Notes under the pieces: model-generated | Database searches by the model: none | Told to the model about the DNA's origin: nothing | Seen by the model: the letters and a program-made list of their open reading frames with translations, nothing else | In this document: piece by piece, positions 27,541-41,509 of the stretch | How the letters are laid out: every line of letters starts with the position of its first letter | How positions within the stretch are numbered: the stretch's first letter is position 1 | Program-made: the position numbers and the translations under genes | NCBI GenBank assembly: GCA_951406725.2 | Contig: OX597815.1 | Location: 44,144,001 to 44,208,000 of the forward strand | Source of the DNA: Octopus vulgaris | Taxonomy: Eukaryota | DNA: 64,000 nt | Reading direction: 5' to 3'

Positions 27541-27945
27541 CTAAGCACTAATATTGGTTGATATGATTTTAATCCATTCTGGGGCTTTTGAAACAATAAT
27601 AACATCTTTCAAAACAAAATATAGATGTAACAAATTTGTAAATTTTCTTATTTTCTAGTATGGCAGTGAGATGAACCTGCCATCAGAAATATATCTAGTA
27701 TAATAGAGTACGAAGTACCTCCTCAAGGAATGTACCTTCTATCTTGTAGGTATGATACTGTATTGCAATCTCTGGTGGGTCATACAAGTTAAAGTATATG
27801 TGTATTTATGTATGTATAAATACACACAAGCGTACATACACATACACACACATACACACATATGTGACATGTATGTATGTAATTTCCCTATAATAGCGTT
27901 TTCTCCGGTAGTAGTTACTACTACTATTGCTGCTACTATTACTTA

Positions 27946-28067
<122 letters not shown>

Positions 28068-28069
28068 CA

Positions 28070-28280
28070 TACAAATTTTGACACAAGGGCTGCAATTTTG
28101 GGGGACGAGATGAGTCGATTACATCGTCCCTAGTACTTCACTGGTACTCCTTTTATCGACCCCGAAAGAATGAAAGGCAAAGTCGACCTCGGCGGAATTT
28201 GAACTCAGAACGTAGCGGCAGACGAAATACGGCTAAGCATTTCGCTCGGCATGCTAACGATTCTGCCAGCTCGCCGCCTT
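28070..28280 (-). mobile_element. SINE family A next to a (TAC)n(AAT)n array
   Basis: Full head and core recognisable. Confidence 0.9.
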
Positions 28281-28998
28281 AGTAATAACAATAATACAAT
28301 TTTTTACTTTTTGTCTAATTATCACTCATTTTCATACTATAATGTGCATACGATTCTATGCATATTCAGAGGGAGAAACTGAAGGAAATGTAGATAAGAA
28401 TAAGCTACTACTACTATTACTGGTGGTGGTGGTGGTGGTGGTGGCGGCGGTGGTGGTGTAAAAAAACATAACTAAATGGAACAAAGTTAGCGGGAAGTGA
28501 GTTGCAGAAGCAATAAGAAGGGGTCGGTTATTAAGCATTTCCTCGGCGCAATTGAGCGGGAAATATCAATGCTATTAGATATAATCTAAGTGTCTGGAGA
28601 TCTTTCTCCTTTCTCTCCACCTGCAAATGTCAACGGGAGTGAGATGGTGGAGTCGGTGGGCGGGGTGGGAGTGATCAGTCTTCCGACACATAAAATTACA
28701 CACACCGACAAACACACACATAATTGCACTTACTTGTGGAAATACACGTACATAAACGCACACAAGCGCTGAAACAGGCACACATACATGTACACTTATA
28801 CATATATATGTGAGCATAATAATGTCGATGTTTATTTTAAGTTTTCGTGATTTTCCATTGTCTGTATGTCCATCAGTGTATTTTTTAAACCGTAAACAGA
28901 ATTATGCTAGTGCGTGTGTATGCACACACACACACACACACACACACTCACATACTTATATTCATACATATATACTAATACTTAAATATATATATATA

Positions 28999-29373
28999 CT
29001 AGCAGTATCACCCGGCGTTGCTCGGGTTTGTTTCGACCCCTTAGAATTGGAATTTTTGAAAAGTAAAAATTTTGCATTATGTAGCTTGTTATTCTCTTAA
29101 AGTGAACATTTTTTCCGGTTGAAATACACCGAAAAATGGCAACACAACAGTAAAAAAATCGTAAAAAATAAGGTTTTTCATAGAAAAAAAGCACCTTTTT
29201 GATGTAAATAATTTTTGGTGTTAATATGGTCCGATTTGAATTTTTTCTTCTGCGGATGGAAGAGCAAGCCTTCTATCATACTCTCAATTTTGGTCAACTT
29301 GTGTCGCAGGGTCTCGAGGGAGATAGTGTTAGTTGAAGGCTACCAAACCTGCCATACACAGACAACTTCAGCT

Positions 29374-29380
<7 letters not shown>
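28999..29380 (-). mobile_element. Non-autonomous Helitron
   Basis: Minus 3' end CCCGAGCAACGCCGGG-TGATACTG-CTAG|T; TA-rich 5' end TATATAAAGCTGAAGTTGTCTGTG. Confidence 0.75.
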
Positions 29381-29406
<26 letters not shown>

Positions 29407-29669
29407 TACGTAGAGAGATAGAAATATATGTATAGTATGTACGTATTATGTATGTATGTGCGTATGTATGTGTATGCATGTAGTCTCTTCTATTTTTAAT
29501 TATTATACATCTTCCACTGAGGAGGAAGCCGGTTTCCAACAAAGATGCAAGGCTCCATCTTTGGGATGTATTTAATAGAGACAAATTCACATTTGGAACT
29601 TGAGAAAAAACTTGCATATTTTTACTGTCCCACTCACAGATTGCACTTGTAATGTACGAATTAGCCGCT

Positions 29670-29890
29670 CTATGTATGTATGTATGTATGTATGTATGTA
29701 TGTATGTATGTATGTATGTATGTATGTATGTATGTATGTATGTATGTATGTATGTATGTATGAATGAATGTGTGTATGTATGTATGTATGTATGTATGTA
29801 TGTATGTATGTATGAATGTGTGTATGTATGTATGTATGTATGTATGTATGTATGTATGAATGAGTGAATGAATGAATGAATGAATGAATG

Positions 29891-29933
<43 letters not shown>
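29670..29933. repeat. (TATG)n grading into (TGAA)n and (TCAA)n
   Basis: Seen directly. Confidence 0.95.
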
Positions 29934-30430
29934 TTGTATATACGATCACAAAAGGGCATTCCAAGCATCTGAAATCATACAAAAAACTTAAATTAAAATT
30001 TCCATATATTTCTTGAAATATCAAGATTACTGTTGATCAACAAACACAGATCCATAGAGTTATTTCCTAAGTCGCATCGAAGCAAAAGAATCTATTTTAC
30101 CCTAGGGACAAGGTCCGAAATTTTGGGGGAGGGAACCAGTCGATTAGATCGATCCCAGTATGCAACTGGTACTTAATTTATCGACCCCGAAAAGATGAAC
30201 GGCAAAGTCGACTTCGGAGGAATTTGAAACCGACTCATATTCGTAGACGGAGTACAGCAGCACACTCAGCACATATATACACTAAAAATATATATACATG
30301 CATACTCTTTTACTCATCGCAGTCATGGTGGAAAAGGATAAATTGAACAAATCGATCCAATATTTGTTTCTAAGTCTGGTACTTATTCTATCGGTCTCTA
30401 TTGCCGAAACACTACAGACATACATGCATA

Positions 30431-31024
30431 CATGATGGCTGCAAACTCGTGATCGAATATTGCCATCACCTGATCGAAGGTCCCACACATACGAAAGCTA
30501 CGACCAGCTATTTTTGTGATAGATATTACTTTTTTTCAAGAGATGCCTGTGCATGATGATTTTTTATGGTGGAAAAAGGATTTGCACAAATCCAATCCCA
30601 CTCTCTGAACATGGACAACATAAATTCGAAAAGGAGAACTAGTCTACATCATCGAATATTGTCAGTGTCGCAGGTTTTATCCCAGAGTTTCCTTCTCATA
30701 GAGAGATGATGTAACAACAACAGATGAGCCTTTCACTCCCAGTCGGCCAACCACGCGCCTGGATACAAACCTAGATATTTCGACGTCCCCCCGCATACAT
30801 ATATGCATATATACACATGTACACATATTGTTGGATGGCCATTAACTACTCATGAGCTCTTCCCCACATCGACTGGTCCTATTTTTCCTCCTGCTGTGTG
30901 TCCGATAATCACCATCCTCACCAAGCAAGTTTGATGGGGTTGCCAGTTTAGTCGCCAACGACCCGACCATGCAACACGTTGTATAGGGTTACATGTTACC
31001 AGTAGCACCCAAGAGCGACCTGAC
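30431..31024 (-). mobile_element. RTE-derived non-autonomous element, diverged copy 3
   Basis: The 5' ~180 nt match copies 1 and 2. The tail at 30431-30466 resembles the RTE tail. CATA repeats on both sides. Confidence 0.75.
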
Positions 31025-31301
31025 ATAAACACATACATACATACATACATACATACATACATACACACATATTATACATACATAATACATGCATACATGT
31101 ATATATACATGCATATACATATACATACATACATACATATATACACACATATTATACATACATAATACATCCATACATGTATATATACATGCATAGATAC
31201 ATACATACATACATACATGCATGCATGCATACATACATACATACATACATACATACATACATACATACATACATACATACATACATACATACATACATAC
31301 A

Positions 31302-31618
31302 TAGGAGCACTCCGTCGGTTGCAACGACGAGGGTTCCAGCTGATACGATCAACGGAACAGCTTGTTCGTGAAATTAACGTGTAAGTGGCTGAGCACTCCA
31401 CAAACACATGTACCCTTAACGTACTTCTCGGGTAGATTCAGCGTGACACAGTGTGTGACAAGGCTGGCCCTTTGAAATACAGGTACTACTCATTTTTGCC
31501 AGCTGAGTGGACTGGAGCAACGTGAAATAAAGTGTCTTGCTCAAGGACACAACGCACTGCCGGGAATCGAACTCACGACCTTATGACCATGAGCCGAATG
31601 CCCCTAACCACTAAGCGA
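31302..31618 (-). mobile_element. SINE family C, tail type 2
   Basis: Homologous to 5087-5395. Confidence 0.85.
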
Positions 31619-31620
31619 TA

Positions 31621-32171
31621 CATGGTGGCTGCCCCCTCGTTATCGAGTATGGCCATTGCACGAAGCTTAATGTTGTTATCGTGCAATGCCTTTGCAAAAA
31701 GATTTTTTTTTAAGTTAGGAAAGGCTGTGCACTGAGTCAATCCCACTCACTAATCAACAGCCGCCATAATCCGAAAAGAAGAACAAGTCAACATCATCGG
31801 TAACCACTGAGCCGCAGGTTTTATGTCGGAGTTATCCCCGTTACCTGAGTTACCTTCTCCTAGAAGGATGCCCTAACAAAGGCTGGGAGTCCTTCACTCC
31901 CAATGGTTTAACCGCACGATCGGGTATTCAGTCCGATTATTTCTATGTCCCCGCGCATGATACATCCTTAAGACGTTTATTGGATGGCCGTTGACTCTCA
32001 AGAGCTCCTCCGCCCTTTGACAGGTTTTGTTTTTCATCCCGCAGGGTGTCCAATAAACACCCTCCTCACCAAGCAAGTTTGGTTGGGTAGCCGGTTTCGT
32101 CGCCGATGACCCGACCATGCAACAGGTTGTACTGGGTTACATGTTACCAGTAGCACTCGAAAGTGACCTGA
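31621..32171 (-). mobile_element. RTE-derived non-autonomous element, copy 2
   Basis: Reverse complement aligns along 8217-8770. Tail nearly identical to 13432-13480. Confidence 0.88.
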
Positions 32172-32375
32172 CATACATACATACATACATACATACATAC
32201 ATACATACACGCGCGCATGCTTTGAGTCCTGGTCTCCTTGATATAGTCTAGAGGTGCCATCGTGATACATGACAATGTCTTTAGCAGGTACTTCTTAGAA
32301 CTAGCAGTATCAATTTCTCTTCAGCTTTAATCAGAGCTGATTTCTTCCAGAAAGATGAAAGACACGGAGACACAA

Positions 32376-32406
<31 letters not shown>

Positions 32407-32590
32407 AAGACCGGACGAGTTAACGAGACAAATCAACCCTTATGCAGGACTGGTACTTTATTTTTTAATCTCGAAAGAATATAAGGCAAATTTGAATTGG
32501 TGGGACTTGAATTTTCAGATTGCAAAGAACTAAAATGTTTACTGCAAAGCAATCTTTCCGGCGTTGCAACGAATCTGAAAATTAGCAACT

Positions 32591-32628
<38 letters not shown>

Positions 32629-33169
32629 TGTGTGTGTGTCTGTGTGTGTGTCTGTGTGTGTGCGCATGGGTGCATGTATGTGTCTCTGTGTGTCTGTGTG
32701 TGGGTATGTGTATGCGTGTATATGTGTGTGTTTTTGTGTGTGCATGTGTGTGTTTGAGTGAGTGTGTTTGTGTGTCTTTGTGGGTGTGTGTGTCTTTGTG
32801 TGCATGTGTGTGTGTATCTTTGTGTGCATATATATATGCATGTGTGTGTATGTCTGTTGGGAGAGAATAGATAGACGTGTATGAAATTAGGTTATATAAT
32901 CTAAGCAAGATATCTAATCAGTGATAGTACACACCAAGTTGTCGGTTACATATCGTTATGTCTAAATAAATTTTAAAAAAGGAAAGAGGGGACCTCAAAT
33001 ACACCAAATGAGAAAAATTATGCAATACTTATCACATAATGCTTTGTAGGATATTTAGATCTCACAGTAAATATTCGCCGTGTCAGATGATATTAAACTA
33101 TTAAACTGTTTAGTTTACTTGTTTAGCTGTACCTATAGCTATTAGTTGCTGACTCCTGATTTGTTAAAT

Positions 33170-33513
33170 CAGGGGTTCTCAACCATTTTTTATGTATGGA
33201 CCCTTTTGATTGTTATTTTATTCTGGTGACCACTCTCCCCATCACCATTCGATGTTTAAAAACTAGTTTTATAGAATGCTATTTATTAGTGTTTTCACAC
33301 ATTAACTTGTGTAGGTTGAACTCTGTAAAATGTTATAGAAAGAAGACCAGATGTTTCTTGTAATACCTACCAATACACACAGCTAAAGCAAAATTTTGTC
33401 AGGGACCCTTAAAATATTATTGTGGATCCCCAGTTTACTATTTTGCTGTGTAGATCCCCAAAAATCTTATATGGAGCTTCAGGGGCTATATGGAGCCCGG
33501 TTGAGAACCACTA
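33170..33513. mobile_element. hAT-like MITE
   Basis: TIRs CAGGGGTTCTCAACC / GGTTGAGAACCACTA. Flanks TGTTAAAT / TGTTAACT (7 of 8 match, consistent with an 8-bp TSD). Confidence 0.8.
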
Positions 33514-33589
33514 TGTTAACTAAATTATCCATTGAGTTAAAAGCAACCAGATTTTTTTGATATGATTCCGTTCTGTACGGAGGAGTCGA

Positions 33590-35250
33590 TGTAGTTGTTA
33601 CATAACAAAAAGTTTTTCCATACAAAATGCTCAACAAAATCTTGCTATCTAATTTGAACAAGCAGATGAGTCAAAATTAGTCGATGTTCCCAGATCTTCA
33701 TTTGGGGCTGATGTTAAGCTGGGTCAAGCTCTCCTTAGCTTTTTTTCTGCTTCCTTCAGTTTGGATTCCTTCAGACAAAAAATTGCTTTTGGCATTGTTT
33801 AATGCTACGTGTCGAGGGTAGTAACCAATATTGTCACATGAGCGTGAGTGTAGTCCGAACTTGTCAATAGTAGCGTCACAGCGGTATTCGTGTAGCTTAA
33901 GGCGGCGAGCTGGCAGAAACGTTAGCACGCTGGGCGAAATGCTTAAAAGTATTTCGTCTGCCGCTACGTTCTGAGTTCAAATTCCGCCGAGGTCGACTTT
34001 GCCTTTCATACTTTCGGGGACGATTAAATAAGTACCAATTACGCACTGGGGTCGATATAATCGACTTAATCCGTTTGTCTGTCCTTTGTCCTCTCTGTGT
34101 TTAGCCCCTTGTGTGTAGTAAAGAAATAAGTATTCGTGTAGCTTAGATACGCAGAGAAAGAAGTACATCAATTCCGAGCGTATGCACTCATCAAGAAGGG
34201 TGCTGGCCGAAAAAAATTAATACTGTGTTATGCCAGATGTTTGATTGCAAGACAGTCCAGTGACGGGAAATAGAGTAGATAAAGGGATGATTAGATTCTA
34301 GTTCTGGAGTAACTAAATTTGATATTGTCTCAACTGTGCTGGTTATCAACATCTCTGGGGACAGCGAGATCTATATAAACCCAAATATCTTGCACAGACT
34401 CGTAATCGTGGTCCATGCCAAGCTCAGATGTGTTGCGGAGAATCTCACGGATGAATATACGGCTGGTGGGGGTGGGCTGGTAAGATATAAGTTGAAAATA
34501 CCCTATTGGATATTGAGGCCCCCGAACATCAAGGGAAGTCGCCTTTGCTACTGGCCAGAGTCGTCGAAAATGATATTTTACTTCCAGGAGCATTTTGTGA
34601 TCAAGCACTTTATGATAGTCGTAACGGAATTTGTCGCTAGTATGACATAAGTGTCTTAATCACTGTTTGTATAATTCATATACAGATCAAACCACAACCA
34701 AAGGTGTCACTTGGAAATAGCGATGATTATTGCTTGTGTGGAGAAAATATGGGTAAAGAGTGAGTTCCAGAAAACTGCAGTTTTTATTAGGATGGATTAA
34801 GCAAAAGGTTTTTCTTTGTTTTTTTTTGCATGGGTTTCAGGATAAAACATAATAGGAATAACAAGAAAATCAGAGACAGGTGTAGAGGACTGATTTATGC
34901 AGTAACAAGCAGAGTAGGAGGAGATGTTATAGTTATGGTAGTAGAGAGATAGATAGAGAGGGTGGAGAGACACACAAACAGAAAGAAAGAGAATAAGCTT
35001 TGCTTTTGTGGTTATAATGTGTGGGTTAGTTTTTACTAATTAGATTAGCTGCGTGGCTTTTTGACAGGCGAGGATATTTGTATCTGCAGTAGCATTGACA
35101 GCAGATATGTGAGCTGCACTTTAATGTTAACGTCCTTGACAAGCTGTAGAAGTTCAACGGCAGATATAAAAGTGAAGTATGTTTTAGCTCTGAGGAGCCA
35201 GTCTAACCTTTGAGAAACAGTTTTGATAATGTTATAGATACGTCGTTGAG
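33590..35250 (-). pseudogene. Decayed CRE-like (RLE-type) non-LTR retrotransposon interrupted by a SINE
   Basis: YRCDATIDKFGLHSRSC...PRHVALNN (zinc-knuckle-like) and QRRLPLMFGGLNIQ motifs. Boundaries approximate. Confidence 0.5.
33900..34129 (+). mobile_element. SINE family A (long tail) with a 16-bp TSD
   Basis: GTATTCGTGTAGCTTA at 33884-33899 and 34130-34145. Confidence 0.93.
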
Positions 35251-35607
35251 CGACTTAATTATATGCTGTTCGAGCACTGGGAGTGTATACAGTAACAAGA
35301 CAGGTTTTCATCGATCTATACAGTGATGGTGTTGCTGGGCTGTTGTCGTGGCAGTGTATATTTTTGCGTTCACGCCAGACTGGCGTAAAGTATCAGGGAT
35401 CATACAATTTTGGCACGTCTCTGCAAAAGGTTAAGGAAAACTGAAAAGTCGTCTCGACTACATTCAATTATATGAAGTTAGACGAGCCAGCGAACATTGA
35501 TTTGCATTATGATCATAAATTTCGAATAGTATATCAACTCGCACACCCTCACATTTGCTCCCTTATTTGACTACACCTAAATACACAAGCAAACGAGGAA
35601 CAGTTAT

Positions 35608-35830
35608 ATGGCAGAAACGTTAGCACGACGGGCGAAATACGTAGCCGTATTTCGTCAGTCGTTACATTCTGAGTTCAAATTCCGCCGAGGTCGACTTTGC
35701 CTTTCATCCTTTCGGAGTCGATAAATTAAGTACCAGTTACGCACTGGGGTCGATGTAATCGACTTAATCCGTTTGTCTGTCCTTGTTTGTCCCCTCTGTG
35801 TTTAACCCCTTGTGGGTAGTAAATAAATAG
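35608..35830 (+). mobile_element. SINE family A (long tail), slightly 5'-truncated
   Basis: Matches the family consensus seen elsewhere in the window. Confidence 0.9.
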
Positions 35831-37749
35831 GTTACATGATCAACGTAATATCTACAAATAGGCTGAAATTCTCTTTTACATCACATGCTCTCTTATTAAA
35901 CAAGGCGGCACACGTTAGATTATATAGCCGTAGATAAACCACAAAAAGTTCAGGGCGTCCATTGTTAGTGTGAGAAATAGCAGCCAAATTATCCTTCTAT
36001 CACACACTAGTACATAGTAGATAATATGGAGTTAGAACCAGTAACCGAAAGGATACCAGCATGGCCACAGCTGGAATACCTTTGCTCAAATGATGTTTCC
36101 TCCATCAGGGCTGCCCGGGGATAGAACAACTTCAATACACAAACACAAATATTTCGATAGTTAAGCGTTATACAAGCGTGCAAACATACCAAAACGAAAA
36201 AGAAAACACGTACGCACACATACACACACACACATAACTTTATACACATGTGTGTGTGTGTATAGGGGTGCAAGTGTGTGTGAATGTATGTTGTGTAAGT
36301 AGGTTAATTCGTATGTGTATGCGCGTATGTAAAGTGTTAATGCATGTATTTATGTAACTGTAAATCTTACTGTGTCGGTATTGTATGCTTTTAAAATATT
36401 CAGCTGCACGCAACAGCAGGAGCATATATATATACACGAAACAGCTTGCTTAATTCGGTCAACTATTAGCTCAGTTTTCTCATCAACACTTGAAAACAAA
36501 ACTAATACAATAAATAATAACACGGTCAACGACCGATGCTATATTTAATAGAGACGCTTCCACCACCACATTTTCACATCACCCTATTGCTCTGTCCTCC
36601 TCTCTCTTTCTCACTTCATACGTGCGTGTGTTCGCGCACGCGCGCGCGTTTGTGCATATATGCCTCTACGTGTCTCTGCACACACACACACACACACACA
36701 TGCACACATATATACACACACGCGCACATGTTCTCCTCTCACTTCCTCTGTTTTTTCCTTGTCGTGTATCTCTCGCCCCAATTTATTTCTCACTTGTATC
36801 CCGCCCTTCATATATTTTCTCTCTATTCAAGCACGAACTTACGCACATACACACACATACGCAAACGCCCTATCTTAATATCACTCTTTTATGCAGCTTT
36901 CATTCCGTCATTTTCCCATCCCCCCCCCCACTTTCATTGTTTATGTGTGAGTGAGTATGTATGTATGTATGTATGTATGTATGTATGTATGTATGTGTGT
37001 GTGTATGTATGTATGCATGTATGTATGTATGTATGTATGTGTGTGTATGTATGTATGTATGTTTGTATGTATGTATGTATGTATGTATGTATGAATGTAT
37101 GTATGTATATAGGTAGGTAGGTATCTCTCTGTGTGCCTATGAGCATATATTTATGTGTGTATGTATCTTTGTATACATATATGTGCATGTGTGGGGATAT
37201 ATACATATATATACATTTGTATGTATGTAAGTATGTATGTATGTGTGTATGTATGTGTGTATGTATGTATGTATGTATGTATGTATGTATGTATGTATGT
37301 ATGTATGTATGTATGTATGTGTATGTATGGGTGTATGTATGTAATGTTTATAACACATCCAACTGATATATGCCATAAAAATAAAGCACTCAATATGAAA
37401 AGTTAAAGAGTTAAATTACTGATGTATGTATTTATAAAGTGTTGCTAATTCATTGCTTTACTTAAAGTTTCATATCAAATTCCGAAACAAATATCCATTT
37501 TAAGACCCCCTGGCCCATGTCAAGTAAATGATGTATCGCCGAAATCAAAAAGATAGTTTCTTTTCGCTTCTATTTAGGGCATGCAAAATATTGGGGTAAA
37601 TCTCAGTTACTTTGTTAAATTCACAAAATATGTTAAATGGATGACGACAGATAAAGTAATTAAAGAGCTTATGAAAACTGGAGCAGTTAAAATTTCAATC
37701 AAAATTAATGGAACGTTAAGGAGAACATGATAAGAAACTTACGGCTTGA

Positions 37750-37903
37750 AAGCGAAAAGTATACAGTTATTGTTTGGTAGTAAGATACTATAACATTAAT
37801 GGTGGTAAAAATTTAGATAGATGCATAAGCGAAAAGTATACAGTTATTGTTTGGTAGTAAGATACTATAACATTAATGGTGGTAAAAATTTAGATAGATG
37901 CAT
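37750..37903. repeat. Exact 77-bp tandem duplication
   Basis: 37750-37826 is identical to 37827-37903. Confidence 0.95.
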
Positions 37904-38337
37904 GGCAACAGAATATCTGCACAACCATATATTTTCATATCCACACAGAAATATAAATTTATATTCCTGGCAACTTCTCATAGTTAGTTGCATAAAACTA
38001 TTCTACCTGTGTACTTGTACTTTTCGAAAGCTTCAGATTTGGAATTTAAATATTCAACCGGTTTCGGTGCATAATCAAGGACAGCTTTTTCTCTGTAGTG
38101 AACGTCACAATCTATTTCTGCTATTTTTATAAGCCTTTTGTTTTTATAAACCATTTTGCAACAGTCAATGACCAAATGTAAATCGTGTTTTGTTGTATGT
38201 TGCTAATTAATGTTTCTAAATGCAGAGGTATGTATCATCGTCATACTTTTTGCAAATCCCTTTCGGTCATGCCAAAATATAGTTTTGGGTGGTTTCAAGA
38301 TTCAGTCTCGCAAAGTTAGCTTCTGCTTTATATATGA

Positions 38338-38680
38338 CTAGCACTATGACCCGGCAACGCCGCATATATAGCTGCGTGTGTTCGCACATACACACGAGTA
38401 CTGTCCAAATCTCCGACCAATCACATACAGCTAGCTGGGATCCAATTGGCGTATCAAGTTTCGGGCATTTGATTGGGTTTTGAATAGAAAATTCACAAAA
38501 GTGTCACTTACATTGATTTTTTAATGGCTTTGCGGGGTGACTGGGGAAATGTAAAGATGTGCACGACCACCTTTGGACGGTCTTGAATGACCATAGAAAG
38601 TGCGAGCCCTCTAACTGGAAAATTGTGGATTTGTATAAAGGACACGCACACAGACATTTTGCCGTTTATATATATAGAGA
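38338..38680 (-). mobile_element. Non-autonomous Helitron
   Basis: Minus reads A|TCTCTATATATATAAACGG...GCGGCGTTGCCGGG-TCATAGTG-CTAG|T: TC/CTAG ends, a subterminal hairpin, and insertion between A and T. Confidence 0.85.
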
Positions 38681-39439
38681 TAACTAATGCTACTTCAGGA
38701 TCCATTTAGCAGGAAATTAAACAATAGGCCTCAATAGACATGGTACGTTAGTGGAATATAACGTTGTTCGTATATATTAATAGCACGGCTAAACTTTATT
38801 TTTAGGTTATGTTTGTTGAATACTTTCCTATCCTATGACTTCTAGAAAGTGTTTATCGATTAAATTTTGGGAGGTTCTGTTCAGTTGAACTTAATACTTA
38901 GCAAATAGAATGTGTGAATCAGATGATAAAACGACGACTTTGTTTGCTGGTCAGTTTTGCAGGTATAGTTGATTGTTGAATCTGTTCCCTTTTAAAGCGT
39001 TGTTATAGTTACTTGTCGAAATCTATTTGGAAACAAACCTGATATCCTTCCACTTTTTATGAGATTCTTGTGGCACGAACTTTTGTTAATATATCTAAAC
39101 TTTTGATTTCAAAATTGTTTATATACATTAGTATTTAAATCTGTAGCAACAAGGAAACTATGCTTAAGTTGTTGCTACAGTGATTTTGTGGCCAAAAGCA
39201 TTGACTGGATTATGAATTTTCTTTGTGTAGTTGGTGGACCTGGAATTTTGAGAGACACTTACTCCGCCATCACTATATAAAAAAAGACGAAGTCTAACCC
39301 CCCACTATTCCTGGGATGGGGTACCTGTGGGTTAGAGACCTCAGACACCTTCTCAATAGGGTCCTATCAGAAGCAATCGTCATTAGACGTTCCCGTTGGA
39401 TTCCAAGCGTAACCAAATGAGATTAATAATATTTTATTT

Positions 39440-40510
39440 AACTGGTAAATTTTGGAACAAGACCCGCAAAGGTGGTAAGAAGATTACATTGACCACAATA
39501 TTCAACTGGTACTTATTTTGTCAAACTCAAAACTCAAAGTCGACTTCAGCAAAATGTGAACCCAGAACGTAAAACCAGATGAAATGCTGCTAAGAATTTT
39601 GCCCAGATGGACTGACAATTCTATCAACTTGCTGCTTTTCGGTTGGTTAATATTAGCTTCAAATTTTGGGACAATGCCAGCAATTTAGGAGGATTGAAAA
39701 AGCTGATTACATCAACCCCAGAGCTCAACTGTTACTTACTTTGTCGACCCTGAAAGATTGAAAAGTAAAGTGAACCCTGGTGGGGTTTGAATTCAGATCG
39801 TAAAGACGTACAAAATGCCCTAAGCACTTTGCCCGATGTTCTGTCAACTAGTTGATATTAATAACCCATCAAAGGTAGTGAGCCGGCAGAATCGTTTTCA
39901 CGCTGAGGAAAATGCTTAGTGGCGTTTCGTCTGTCTTCGCGTTTTGAGTTCTAATTCCACTCAGGTTGACATTGCCTTTCATATTTTCAGAGTCGATAAA
40001 ATAAATACCTTGTTGAGCACTGGGATTGATGTAATCGACTTACCTCTTCCCATTATTACTGGCCTTGAGCCAAAACATGAAACCAGTACTAATAGCCCTT
40101 CGAAGGCGGCGAGCTGACAGAATCGTTAGCACGACGGGTAAAATGCTTCACGGTATTTCGTCTGCCGTTACATTCAGAGTTCAAATTCCGTCGAGGTCGA
40201 CTTTGCCTTTCATCCTTTCGGGGTCGATAAATTAAGTACCAGTTGTGTACTGGGATCGATGTAATCGACTTAATCCCTTTGTCTGTCCTTGTTTGTCCCC
40301 TCTATGTTTAGCTCCTTGTGAGCAATAAAAAAAAAAAAGAATCGTTGGCTTACCGGGCAAAACTATTAGCGGCATTTCGCTCGTCTTTAAGTTTTGCATT
40401 CAAATTCCACCCAAGTCGATAGAATGAGTTCCAGTTGAGCACTAGGGTCGATGTAATCGACTTAACCCCACCCCCCTAACTTACTGGCCTTGTACCAAAA
40501 TTTGACGCCA
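39440..40510. mobile_element. Cluster of five family A SINEs (two minus, three plus)
   Basis: Repeated head and core motifs at about 39440-39640, 39655-39845, 39872-40085, 40105-40337 and 40338-40510. Confidence 0.8.
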
Positions 40511-41379
40511 AAATAAATAACCCTCCTAATGTTTATTACAGCTCTTTTATTGTTCCATTTAAGTTTCTTGTTAACGATTTCAGATTTAGCTAGCATTACA
40601 GCTTAAAAGTAAGTACCAGTCAAGTACTGGTTTCTTTACTCTATTTGTATTGACCTTGTATCTTATGACAAGAATCATCGTGTTTTGCAGAGGTCAAATT
40701 TGTCTTTCCTTCTTTCACAGTCAATAAAACAACAGAAAAATACTGATGTCCATATAACTGGTTACCCCTCCTCCTCACAAAATCTGGTGTTGTGCCTATG
40801 TTATATAATTATTAGTATCATCATCATTATTATTATTTAAAACAATCTCCTCTCTCTCTCTCTCTCTCTCTTGTTTTCTTTGTTTTTATCTCTTATTACT
40901 ATCAATTACAGCCTTCCTATTAAGTGCTAAGCGTATCCACCCTTTAGCAACACACAAGCACATACATAAACGCATTTGTACAGATACGCAAACAGACACA
41001 TAAACACACTCACTTAAAAATAAACAAAACACAAATGCAATAAACTGTTTAAATGACGTAACATATACATACATACACATACATGCATACACACACATAC
41101 ACATACACACATACAAACATACAGACGTAGCACATGTTTCCAATTACTTAACAATAGTACTACTCTTACTGATAACGACTAACGGGGGTCATTTTATGCT
41201 ACTAGTACTTTTAGTGAAGGCGTCAACATCACAAACACGTCTTGTCTTCATCACTCAGACCACGTCCAAAATCAAAAATCGATAATATATTGTTCAGGAT
41301 GGTCATTTTTTGTCCAAATAAACACATGTACTATATGTTCTTTCTTCATTTCAGCTTTCTTATCATTCTTATTTTACTG

Positions 41380-41427
41380 CCCTTTGAAAATCTGTCGTCA
41401 CACATCTTGTGACCTCTTCAGCGACCC
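41380..41427 (-). ncRNA. Decayed hammerhead motif, same family as 12862-12905
   Basis: Minus reads CTGAAGA-G-GTCACA agatg TGTGAC-GACA (GAAA apparently mutated). Confidence 0.45.
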
Positions 41428-41509
41428 TCCATCCCACGTGTCTCGTCTTGTTCTGTTTAGTCCTACTGTATACATGTATATATATATATGTATATATATA
41501 TATATTATG

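Noticed and set aside
29512-29545. CTGAGGA followed by a GGAAGC/GTTTCC hairpin
   Set aside because: No GAAA or stem III follows.
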